Shown one piece after another: positions 8,216 through 16,172 of a DNA stretch of 64,000 nt (the stretch's first letter is position 1; every line of letters begins with the position of its first letter). The DNA is taken from positions 8,866 through 72,865 of the forward strand of contig CAYWXS010000012.1 in assembly GCA_964462245.1 (NCBI GenBank), read 5' to 3'. The DNA comes from an uncultured Anaerolinea sp. Lineage in GTDB: Bacteria; Chloroflexota; Anaerolineae; Anaerolineales; Villigracilaceae. Under the pieces are notes generated by a model. The model had not been told where the DNA came from. It was given only the letters and a program-made list of their open reading frames with translations, and ran no database searches. A program made the position numbers and the translations under genes.

Positions 8216-8737
8216 ATGGATATCGGTGCAATATTTTTAATTCTAGCGGTTGGTTTACTGGTTGGGTTGTTTGTTGCCCGGCCCTTTATGGAACGTCAAA
8301 AAAATTCCTTTGAATCTAGTGATGATCAAATTATTTCAGCGTTGCTCGCTGAAAGGGATCGGTTAATAGGAGCATTGCAGGAACTGGATTTTGACTTTAC
8401 TTTGGAGAAAATTCCTGCACAGGATTATGCCCCTATGCGAGCTGAATTATTACAGCACGCTTCTGATGTATTACGTAAATTGGATACGCTTCAACCGCAA
8501 ACAAGCGGTTCTCAAACCGCCGAGAGCCGTCTGGAGGCTGTAATTGCATCCCGACGTGCTGATGCTGCTATAGAAAAGAAACCTGTACTGCAGGCAGTTT
8601 CTGACGATGAGATTGAAGAATTGATCGCAGCTCGCCGTACTGTTCGAAAAGAAAAAGCGGCAGGATTTTGCCCAAAATGTGGCAAGCCGGTACTTCGGTC
8701 GGATCGGTTTTGTCCATCCTGTGGTAAATCAATTTAG
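8216..8737 (+). CDS. Membrane-anchored protein with CcmI-N-like cytoplasmic motif and C-terminal zinc ribbon
   Basis: N-terminal helix MDIGAIFLILAVGLLVGLFVARPF. Motif LIGALQELDFDFTLEKIPAQDYAPMRAELLQ. C-terminal zinc ribbon CPKCGKPVLRSDRFCPSCGK. Confidence 0.6.
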   Translation: MDIGAIFLILAVGLLVGLFVARPFMERQKNSFESSDDQIISALLAERDRLIGALQELDFDFTLEKIPAQDYAPMRAELLQHASDVLRKLDTLQPQTSGSQTAESRLEAVIASRRADAAIEKKPVLQAVSDDEIEELIAARRTVRKEKAAGFCPKCGKPVLRSDRFCPSCGKSI

Positions 8738-8779
8738 TAAGCTGTAATAAAAGTTAAAAACTTCAATTAAGGAATTCTA

Positions 8780-10729
8780 ATGAAATCTCGTTTATTTTTA
8801 ATTATGGCAGCATTGGCTTTTTTGCTCAGTGCTTGCACTATCTCTTTGGCAGAAGACATAACTCCTCCACCAAATTACCAATCGCCAACACCTGGTCCAA
8901 CCATGAGCCCACTTTTCCCTCAGAGTGCTCCCAGTCTGGCTTCAGGTGCCCTGGTTTATGCGGAAAAATGTGCACCTTGCCATGGTACTAACGGTCTTGG
9001 AGATGGGCCAATGGCCGCACAATTACAAAAAATACCTGCCGCCATTGGGAAACCTGAGAATGGTCGCAGAGCTGCCCCAGCGAATTGGTTTACAACGGTT
9101 ACACAGGGGAATATAAATTCGTTTATGCCGCCTTTCAATGCCAGCTTATCAGATCAACAGCGCTGGGATGTGGTGGCATATGCCATTTCGCTTGGTGGTA
9201 GCACCCAAAAAGAAGCCAGTAACGGACAAGCCATTTACGAAACCAACTGCGTGAAGTGTCATGGCTCTTCTGGAAATGCCATTCAAGCAGCAGATTTTAC
9301 TGACCAGGCATTAATGGCCAAGCTGACTCAGTCAGATATCGCCAATTTTGTTAATAAAGGTGTTGGTAGTATGCCTGGTTTTGGTGGTTTGATTCCGGAT
9401 GAAGATATTTTTGCAGCTGCAGCTTTTGTCCGAAGCTTTTCTGTAATTCCAGGGGATGTAGCTGCCGTGGTGGTGCCCAGTGCTACTCCTCAAGCTGTGG
9501 TAGCCAACCCGACGCTGGAAGGTACACCTGCGGCACCCGATGCAACGGCAGAGGCAGCTGTCACCAGCATTCCCACGGATGTAGTGGGAAGTATTAGTGG
9601 AAAGGTAACGAATGGATCTGGTGGATCCATTCCGGCTGAAACAAAGATAGTCTTACATGTTTTTGAGCATGATACAGCCACTCAGAATTTTAGTGAAGTT
9701 TCCACCCAGGAAACTGTCATTGCTGTGGATGGGACTTATAAGTTCGATAAAATTACCATGACGGCCAGTCGGGCATTTTTTGTTTCGATGGACTACTCGA
9801 ATACAAAATATGAATCTGACCCTGTTTTTCCAAAGGAAGGCGAGACTAGTCTTGACCTGCCATTGACCATTTATGAAACTACTACTGATGCTTCCGGCTT
9901 ACAGGTTGATCAGGCTCATATCTTGTTGGATTACAGCAAGCCAGATGTGGTTCAGGTGGTGGAATTTTTAATTTTCAATAACCCTGGGACAAAATCTGTG
10001 GTTGCGGCCACGAAGGGCGGCCCGGTTGTAAATATTACTTTACCCAAGGGCTATGCCAATCTTCAGTTTGATCAAGGTGCTATTGGTGAGCGATACGTCA
10101 AAACTGATGAGGGTTTTGCTGATACAACATCTGTTACCCCCGGTAAAAATAAATACCAACTTGTTTTTGCAGTAGATATGCCACTACCGAAGGCAGGTTT
10201 GTTCGGCGGGCGTAAGTTGGAAGTTGTCCAGCCATTTCCTTTCAAGATTAGTGCTTTTTCAGTTCTAGCTCCTGAAGGTGTGACTGTGGAAGGAGAGGGG
10301 TTGACTGCTGGCGGCCTTCAGGATATGGGGACCAGTGCAAAATATCAAGTATTCAATGGCGGTTCGATTGAACCAGGGAAGACAATGAAGTTTACTTCCT
10401 CTGGCGGAACACAGAGCGCTGCCACACCGGCTGCAACAGGTAGTAATCCAACCCAAAGTATCATTATTGGTGTTGGTGTGTTTGGTCTGGTTTTAATTCT
10501 TGCTGGTGTCTGGATGTACTTGCGTGACCGAAAGCGTGTTCAGGACGACGATGATGAGGAAGATAATGATATTGATGATGAGGACGGTGATGAATTGACC
10601 AGTTCTGAAGAGATCATGGATGCCATCATGGCATTGGATGATCAATTCAAATCTGGCAATATTCAGGAAACAGCCTATAAAGAACGCCGGGCAGAATTGA
10701 AAGCCAGGCTCAAGGGTACGACTGATTAA
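8780..10729 (+). CDS. Dihaem c-type cytochrome lipoprotein with large beta-rich ectodomain, TM helix and acidic cytoplasmic tail
   Basis: Lipobox LLSAC. Two class-I-like cytochrome c domains (CAPCH...FMPPF and CVKCH...SMPGF). A roughly 330-aa non-cytochrome region follows, then TM helix IIIGVGVFGLVLILAGVWMYL. The tail contains DDDDEEDNDIDDEDGDE and the motif IMALDDQFKSGNIQETAYKERRAELKARL. Confidence 0.8.
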   Translation: MKSRLFLIMAALAFLLSACTISLAEDITPPPNYQSPTPGPTMSPLFPQSAPSLASGALVYAEKCAPCHGTNGLGDGPMAAQLQKIPAAIGKPENGRRAAPANWFTTVTQGNINSFMPPFNASLSDQQRWDVVAYAISLGGSTQKEASNGQAIYETNCVKCHGSSGNAIQAADFTDQALMAKLTQSDIANFVNKGVGSMPGFGGLIPDEDIFAAAAFVRSFSVIPGDVAAVVVPSATPQAVVANPTLEGTPAAPDATAEAAVTSIPTDVVGSISGKVTNGSGGSIPAETKIVLHVFEHDTATQNFSEVSTQETVIAVDGTYKFDKITMTASRAFFVSMDYSNTKYESDPVFPKEGETSLDLPLTIYETTTDASGLQVDQAHILLDYSKPDVVQVVEFLIFNNPGTKSVVAATKGGPVVNITLPKGYANLQFDQGAIGERYVKTDEGFADTTSVTPGKNKYQLVFAVDMPLPKAGLFGGRKLEVVQPFPFKISAFSVLAPEGVTVEGEGLTAGGLQDMGTSAKYQVFNGGSIEPGKTMKFTSSGGTQSAATPAATGSNPTQSIIIGVGVFGLVLILAGVWMYLRDRKRVQDDDDEEDNDIDDEDGDELTSSEEIMDAIMALDDQFKSGNIQETAYKERRAELKARLKGTTD

Positions 10730-10742
10730 TTTGAAATAAGTT

Positions 10743-10787
10743 GCTGCAGAACCGGTATCAGGATATCTGTATAGCCGGTTCTGCAGC
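10743..10787 (+). repeat. Intercistronic stem-loop (perfect 13-bp inverted repeat) between the dihaem cytochrome gene and ccmA
   Basis: GCTGCAGAACCGG (10743-10755) pairs with CCGGTTCTGCAGC (10775-10787). No T-tract follows, so this is more likely an mRNA processing or stability element than a terminator. Confidence 0.6.
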
Positions 10788-10806
10788 CAAAATGGAAGTC
10801 GGAAGA

Positions 10807-11505
10807 ATGATTCAAGTAAAAAAATTGGTCAAGCGGTTTGGATTAAAAACTGTTTTACGTGGAGTGGATTTCCATGCTGAGCCAGGTGAATTTGTTGTAT
10901 TGCTTGGCCCCAATGGTGCTGGCAAAACAACTTTTCTGCGGATTCTGGCATCTCTTTCGCGCCCGTCAATGGGAGAGGTAAAAATTGCTGGATTTTCGCT
11001 TCCTTCTCAATCTGCTGCTGTTCGCCAGCGATTGGGCGTCGTCTCCCACATGCCATTACTGTACGGTGATTTAACTGCGGAAGAAAACCTTCAATTTTAT
11101 GGTCGCATGTATAACATACCTGACCTCCACGGTCGCATAACGGAAGTGTTGAACTTGATTGGACTTCCCGCGCGTCGCAGGGATATGGTGCATACTTTTT
11201 CCCGTGGTATGCAGCAGCGACTTGCCATTGGTCGGGCGGTCTTACACGATCCGGATGTTATGCTTTTTGACGAACCTTATACGGGCCTGGATCAGGATGC
11301 ATCTGAAATGCTGGATGATGTTTTGAAAAATGTTGCCGCAGCAGGTCGTACAGTTGTGATGACTTCGCATGATCTTGCTCGTGCGGAGGAACTTGGCACC
11401 CGGTTTGATATTCTTTCGCACGGTGTCATAACCGCTTCTTCCTCTCGCGCAGAGTTGGGGAGTGGGAATTTACTCACCTTCTACAAACAGGCATTAATGA
11501 GCTGA
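10807..11505 (+). CDS. ccmA: Haem exporter ATP-binding protein CcmA
   Basis: Walker A GPNGAGKTTFL and ABC signature FSRGMQQRL. The ATG at 10807 lies after the hairpin and has GGAAG upstream. The track's TTG start at 10741 would place the hairpin inside the gene. Confidence 0.88.
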   Translation: MIQVKKLVKRFGLKTVLRGVDFHAEPGEFVVLLGPNGAGKTTFLRILASLSRPSMGEVKIAGFSLPSQSAAVRQRLGVVSHMPLLYGDLTAEENLQFYGRMYNIPDLHGRITEVLNLIGLPARRRDMVHTFSRGMQQRLAIGRAVLHDPDVMLFDEPYTGLDQDASEMLDDVLKNVAAAGRTVVMTSHDLARAEELGTRFDILSHGVITASSSRAELGSGNLLTFYKQALMS

Positions 11506-11506
11506 T

Positions 11507-12214
11507 ATGTTAAAAACAGTTGAAAAACAAAAAAGACCAGCTGAAAATTATTTAAAAGCAGTACTGGCCATAACCTGGAAGGATCTATCAGCTGAGCTGC
11601 GGTCTCGGGAACTGTTGTCATCCATGCTGGTTTTTTCATTATTAGTCATTATGATCTTTTATTTTGCACTGGAGTTGGATGTTAAATCTCGAAATGGCAT
11701 TACGGCTGGGGCGTTATGGGTCACTTTTGCTTTTGCCGGAACGTTGGGATTAAATCGTTCGATGGCAGTAGAAAAAGATCGCGGTTGCCTGGATGGATTA
11801 TTGTTGGCACCGGTTGATCGATCTGTCATCTATTTTGGGAAGGCCATTAGTAATCTGTTTTTTATGCTTATCGTTGAAGCCATTGTTCTTCCGGCTTATA
11901 GCGTTATGTATAACGTAAACCTGTTTAACTTGGGCTTCATATTGGTTACTCTTCTTGGTTCGGTTGGCTATATTGCTGTGGGAACACTTCTGGCAGCCAT
12001 GTCTGTGCAAACGCGTACGCGTGACGTGCTTCTGCCAATATTACTTTTTCCTCTTGTTATCCCAGTTTTGGTTGCAGCGGTAAAGGCCAGTAATGGATTT
12101 TTATTCGCAACTGATATGAGCGAAATAATGCCCTGGATAAACATCCTGGTTGTTTACGATGTGATTTTTATTGCCGTATCGTTTATGGTCTTTGACAGCG
12201 TGGTTGAAGAATAA
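11507..12214 (+). CDS. ccmB: Haem exporter permease CcmB
   Basis: 235-aa polytopic membrane protein starting 2 nt after ccmA and preceding ccmC, which is the canonical position and size. Confidence 0.82.
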   Translation: MLKTVEKQKRPAENYLKAVLAITWKDLSAELRSRELLSSMLVFSLLVIMIFYFALELDVKSRNGITAGALWVTFAFAGTLGLNRSMAVEKDRGCLDGLLLAPVDRSVIYFGKAISNLFFMLIVEAIVLPAYSVMYNVNLFNLGFILVTLLGSVGYIAVGTLLAAMSVQTRTRDVLLPILLFPLVIPVLVAAVKASNGFLFATDMSEIMPWINILVVYDVIFIAVSFMVFDSVVEE

Positions 12215-12256
12215 CTGCAAGATTATTGTTTAGTTAATTTCAATAAGGAGTTGAAA

Positions 12257-12946
12257 ATGTCACAACAACCCAGAGCTTTAAAAATATTAAATGTTTTATC
12301 GCTATTACTGGTTTTGGTAGCTTTTCTGATGGCTATTTTTTATGCCCCACTCGAAAAAGTAATGGGTGAGGTACAACGAGTCTTTTATTTTCATGTTGCT
12401 ACTGCCTGGGTAGGTATGCTTGGATTCATTGTTGCAGCCGTGGTTGCAGTAATTTATTTGAAAACTCAGGACCTGAAGTGGGACGTGGTAGGTTTGGCTG
12501 CGGTTGAGATCAGCCTGGTTTTCTTCCTGATCGCAATTTTGTTGGGTTCCATTTGGGCGCGTCCCGCATGGGGCACCTGGTGGACTTGGGAACCCCGCCT
12601 GACTACCGCTGCGATTCTTGAGATGGTTTACCTGGCTTATTTATTATTACGTCAGGGGATTGAGGATCCTGAGCGTCGCGCTCGTTTTGGAGCGGTTTAC
12701 ACCTTGTTGGGTGGGCTCAGTGTTCCGCTTACATTTGTTTCTATTCGAATCTTTCGTACCATCCACCCGGTTGTTATAGGGGGAGGTGGCAGTGAAAAAA
12801 TGAGTATGACTGGATCAATGGTTTTGACCATGCTGTTCGCCATCGCAGTTTTTTCAGTAGTCTTTATCACCATGTTCTGGCACCGTATCCGACTTGGACA
12901 ATTTGCGGATCAGGTGGAACAATTAAAAATGAAAGTGACTCAATAA
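12257..12946 (+). CDS. ccmC: Haem exporter/haem-handling protein CcmC
   Basis: WWD motif WGTWWTWEPRL. Conserved His contexts FYFHVATAW and FRTIHP. AAGGAG lies 6 nt before the ATG at 12257. Confidence 0.9.
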   Translation: MSQQPRALKILNVLSLLLVLVAFLMAIFYAPLEKVMGEVQRVFYFHVATAWVGMLGFIVAAVVAVIYLKTQDLKWDVVGLAAVEISLVFFLIAILLGSIWARPAWGTWWTWEPRLTTAAILEMVYLAYLLLRQGIEDPERRARFGAVYTLLGGLSVPLTFVSIRIFRTIHPVVIGGGGSEKMSMTGSMVLTMLFAIAVFSVVFITMFWHRIRLGQFADQVEQLKMKVTQ

Positions 12947-12956
12947 GGAGCTGTAT

Positions 12957-13112
12957 ATGGATGCAATGCCCAATACTGTTAATTATCTAATTGGTGGTTA
13001 CCTTGTCTTTGCAGTGCTGATGGCTGTTTATATAGTAAGCTTGATATCTCGTTGGAACAACCTTATGAGAGAAAAGCAAATGCTTGACGAAATTGATAGC
13101 CAGAAAAAGTAG
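12957..13112 (+). CDS. ccmD: CcmD-like small membrane protein (51 aa), absent from the ORF track
   Basis: AAGGAG lies 6 nt upstream of the ATG at 12957. Product: MDAMPNTVNYLIGGYLVFAVLMAVYIVSLISRWNNLMREKQMLDEIDSQKK. It has one TM helix and a charged tail, and it follows ccmC directly as ccmD does in canonical operons. Confidence 0.6.
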   Translation: MDAMPNTVNYLIGGYLVFAVLMAVYIVSLISRWNNLMREKQMLDEIDSQKK

Positions 13113-13178
13113 TTAAGCAATCAATAATCCGCTATACTTATATGGTGGATTATTTTATTAGTACTCAGGATAATTGAA

Positions 13179-14891
13179 TTGCGATCACGTAAGGTATTTT
13201 GGGGCTGGACATTGGCATTTATTGTCAACTTAGGATTGGTGTTTGTCATTGCATTGGCGATGAATCCAATTCCTGTGTCTGCAGCTGTGCCAACTCCAGT
13301 ACCTTTGCCAAAGGGACCAGATCGTTTTACATCACTAAATATTGATGTAACTCTTTACGAATGGTGGATAGCTGCCTGGCGGGATAACAATGTTTTCTGC
13401 TCATTGTATGTTGATTATGGTGGCGTACCATCCGGTTCGGATGTGCTATCTGCCTGTGGGCAGGATTTTTACGATGAATGGAAAGCATATTCTGCTCCAT
13501 GTCTGGAAAGAAATGCAGCTGATTGCCCGGGATATTATTTCATACCAATTTCCAGTAAGGTTGTAAAACGAGACGTGACTGTAAAATTACCTCCTCCGGA
13601 TGTACGAGTATCCTTGGAGGGTTGCGCGCCGGATGATATGGGCTGGTGTACGCAGCAACCAAGTTTGGTGCTCTCGGCTGATGAACCATTACCAAATGAG
13701 AAGATTACATCCATCACTGGTGTTGTAGGCATTGACCCATTTAGCTGCAAAGGTAATATATGTAAATTTCAGCTTTCAGAAACAAACCTAACTGGTTTGC
13801 GTATAGCTTTTTGGGCATATTCAACTTATGGGGATAGTACGGCTGTTTTTGATGCGCTGTTACGTGTGAAAACTGATGGGACGAATACAGGAGACCGTCT
13901 TACTCCACGCTGGTATGTGGACGTGATATCTTCCCAGTGGACAGGCGCACCGATTGCATCGTGTGCTGCGGCATGGGAAGTGTTTCCCCCAACTGAAGGA
14001 TTACCCCAATGGTTGAGTACTCCTGACACCAGTATTGGTTTGCAATCGAATATTCCCTATAACTATCTTGCCGCCAACTTGATTACCCAAGGTGTCACAG
14101 ATGCTTCCACCTGTCCGGATAGTGGTTTGTTACCGGATGGTTCTGCCAATGCCTGTGGATTGCAGGCTGCAGCCAAAGATGTGGGGCAATGGCAAAATCG
14201 TTTTGATTCATTGATTTTTGATGTTGCAAAAAGTGGTGATGTTCCTGCTCAGCTGCTTAAGAATTTGTTTAGTCGTGAAAGCCAGTTTTGGCCAGGTGTT
14301 TTTCGGAATGGCAAGGACGTGGGTTTGGGTCAGATGACTGAAGGTGGGGCGGATACTGTTATGTTATGGAATCCGACTTTTTATGATAGCTTTTGTCCGC
14401 TCATTTTAAACGAAGATTTATGTCAAGCCAAAGGATTCGCAAATCTGACATCTGCTCAGAAGGCGATGTTAAGAGGGGCTTTGGTTCGTAGCGTGGATGC
14501 GCGTTGTGCCGATTGTCCTCTTGGGCTGGATCTTTCACGGGCCGATTTTAGTGTGGGTGTTTTTGCGCATACTTTACTTGCAAACTGTGAGCAGGCTGGA
14601 AAAATAGTACAAAATGTCACTGGTTCAATGCCTGGCGTAAATGTGGATTATGAGACAATGTGGCGTTTTACGCTGGTTAATTACAATGCCGGTTCTGGTT
14701 GCCTGGCAGATGCAGTTGCTCAGGCTTATGATCCTTCCGTTACTCAACCATTGAGTTGGGATCAAGTTTCGGTTGTTTTGGAACAGTACTGCCCAGGTGC
14801 TGCTGGTTACGTGAATGATGTCAGTCGTGAGGTGGATCTGTTAGCCCCCGCGCCAACTCCAGGCCCTGGACCAGATGGGTCAAATGGTTAA
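13179..14891 (+). CDS. Secreted or anchored Cys-rich protein with C-terminal lytic transglycosylase (SLT) domain
   Basis: N-terminal hydrophobic signal. SLT motifs SRESQF (catalytic Glu-Ser), GLGQMT and NYNAG. 18 cysteines counted. The TTG start is uncertain. Confidence 0.65.
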   Translation: MRSRKVFWGWTLAFIVNLGLVFVIALAMNPIPVSAAVPTPVPLPKGPDRFTSLNIDVTLYEWWIAAWRDNNVFCSLYVDYGGVPSGSDVLSACGQDFYDEWKAYSAPCLERNAADCPGYYFIPISSKVVKRDVTVKLPPPDVRVSLEGCAPDDMGWCTQQPSLVLSADEPLPNEKITSITGVVGIDPFSCKGNICKFQLSETNLTGLRIAFWAYSTYGDSTAVFDALLRVKTDGTNTGDRLTPRWYVDVISSQWTGAPIASCAAAWEVFPPTEGLPQWLSTPDTSIGLQSNIPYNYLAANLITQGVTDASTCPDSGLLPDGSANACGLQAAAKDVGQWQNRFDSLIFDVAKSGDVPAQLLKNLFSRESQFWPGVFRNGKDVGLGQMTEGGADTVMLWNPTFYDSFCPLILNEDLCQAKGFANLTSAQKAMLRGALVRSVDARCADCPLGLDLSRADFSVGVFAHTLLANCEQAGKIVQNVTGSMPGVNVDYETMWRFTLVNYNAGSGCLADAVAQAYDPSVTQPLSWDQVSVVLEQYCPGAAGYVNDVSREVDLLAPAPTPGPGPDGSNG

Positions 14892-14941
14892 TTCTTATGC
14901 TGGTTATTTGGAATCTTTCTGAAATATCTCGTTTACTTGCT

Positions 14942-14977
14942 AAAACAGGGCTGGGTTAATCTCCGGCCCTGTTTTTT
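14942..14977 (+). terminator. Intrinsic terminator
   Basis: AAAACAGGGC (14942-14951) pairs with GCCCTGTTTT (14966-14975), and a T-run follows. Confidence 0.75.
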
Positions 14978-15060
14978 AAGCGAATGGTCATATCTGTACG
15001 TGATAAAAGTTACTAATCAGATTGTTCAGAATCGCTTATGCTAATACTCGATGATATTGT

Positions 15061-15087
15061 CTTTTCTGATATTTATCATCAGAAAAG
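15061..15087. promoter_or_regulatory. 10-bp perfect inverted repeat just upstream of the LysR-family gene RBS (candidate autoregulatory operator)
   Basis: CTTTTCTGAT-atttatc-ATCAGAAAAG, read directly from the sequence. It ends 3 nt before AAGGAG. Confidence 0.35.
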
Positions 15088-15103
15088 TTAAGGAGTTGTA
15101 TTT

Positions 15104-16048
15104 ATGATTAATGTCCCTGAATTAAAGGTATTTGTTACAGCCGCAGAAGAACTGAATTTCAGCCGTGCTGCTCAACGATTGCATTTGTCACAATCTGCTG
15201 TGAGCCAAAATATCCAGTCTCTGGAAAGAGCGTACCGGGTTGAATTGTTCGTCCGACATGGTCGTACTGTTCAATTGAGTGAAGCAGGTCAGACGATTTT
15301 ACCCATGGCGCGGGATGTATTAAATTCAGCCAGATTGTTGGAAGATGCGCTGGCTAATGTAAATGGTGATGTGGGTGGAGAATTGATGATAGGTTGTGCC
15401 GCCACGTCTGGTCGCTATTTTATGCCTAATTTGCTTGCATCTTTTCAACATGAATATCCCCATGTGCGGGCAAGCTTAAGCCTCATGCGTCGTCAGGAGG
15501 TTGTCGAAGGTCTATTGGATCAGACTCTTAATTTTGGCGTAGTGGGCAGAAGCGTGGAACATCGCGACCTGGAATGTCAGCCTTTGCTTCAGGATCGTGT
15601 CATTATGATCGTACCTGCGCATCATCCCTGGGCTAGTCTTGAAATGGTAAAACCAGCGGACGTTTTGAATGAGCCGTTTATCAGCCGCGAGAATAATTCT
15701 GGGACTTTTGAAGTATTATTCGATAATTTGCGCCGGCATGGGATTGATCCGGAGAATCTGAAAGTTGTTATGCAGTTGGGTGATGCTGAAGCAGTGCAAA
15801 TGGCAGTTGAAAATGGCATCGGTATTACTTTCATATCAGAAGTTATGGCAGCGCGAAGCCTGGCATTGGGGAGGGTTAAGAAAGTAGAAGTGGAAGGTTT
15901 CAAGTTGACCCAACAGGTCTTCCTTGTGCGCCATGTTGCACGAGTATTCACCCACGCCGAGACGAAATTTTGGGAATACATCGGTCTGCACCATAATGAG
16001 TTAATGTCGGATTTAATGTTTAACCTGGCTGATGTGAGCCTGATCTGA
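15104..16048 (+). CDS. LysR-family transcriptional regulator
   Basis: N-terminal HTH LNFSRAAQRLHLSQSAVSQNIQSLE followed by a substrate-binding-type C-terminal domain, 314 aa in total. Confidence 0.9.
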   Translation: MINVPELKVFVTAAEELNFSRAAQRLHLSQSAVSQNIQSLERAYRVELFVRHGRTVQLSEAGQTILPMARDVLNSARLLEDALANVNGDVGGELMIGCAATSGRYFMPNLLASFQHEYPHVRASLSLMRRQEVVEGLLDQTLNFGVVGRSVEHRDLECQPLLQDRVIMIVPAHHPWASLEMVKPADVLNEPFISRENNSGTFEVLFDNLRRHGIDPENLKVVMQLGDAEAVQMAVENGIGITFISEVMAARSLALGRVKKVEVEGFKLTQQVFLVRHVARVFTHAETKFWEYIGLHHNELMSDLMFNLADVSLI

Positions 16049-16095
16049 CTCACCTGATAAAAGTTGGATTTGGGTGAATAATTTATTTCTATCAA

Positions 16096-16135
16096 AAAGC
16101 GGCAAATTCCCATATTCGTGGGAGGTTGCCGCTTT
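16096..16135 (+). terminator. Stem-loop between the LysR gene and the Fe-S protein gene (terminator-like or regulatory)
   Basis: AAAGCGGCAA (16096-16105) pairs with TTGCCGCTTT (16126-16135). An inner TCCCA/TGGGA pairing is present. The T-tract is weak. Confidence 0.45.
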
Positions 16136-16172
16136 GCATATTTGAATTCTGCTGCTGACTTGAGGAGAACGT

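Noticed and set aside
10741-10806. TTG start at 10741 for ccmA. Similar cases: TTG at 49224 for citrate synthase, the 21538-21591 extension of lpdA, and the 36494-36628 extension of the Gly-rich membrane protein
   Set aside because: The extensions run through hairpins or terminators or through the SD sequence itself. They add non-homologous residues, and internal ATGs with properly spaced SD sites fit better.
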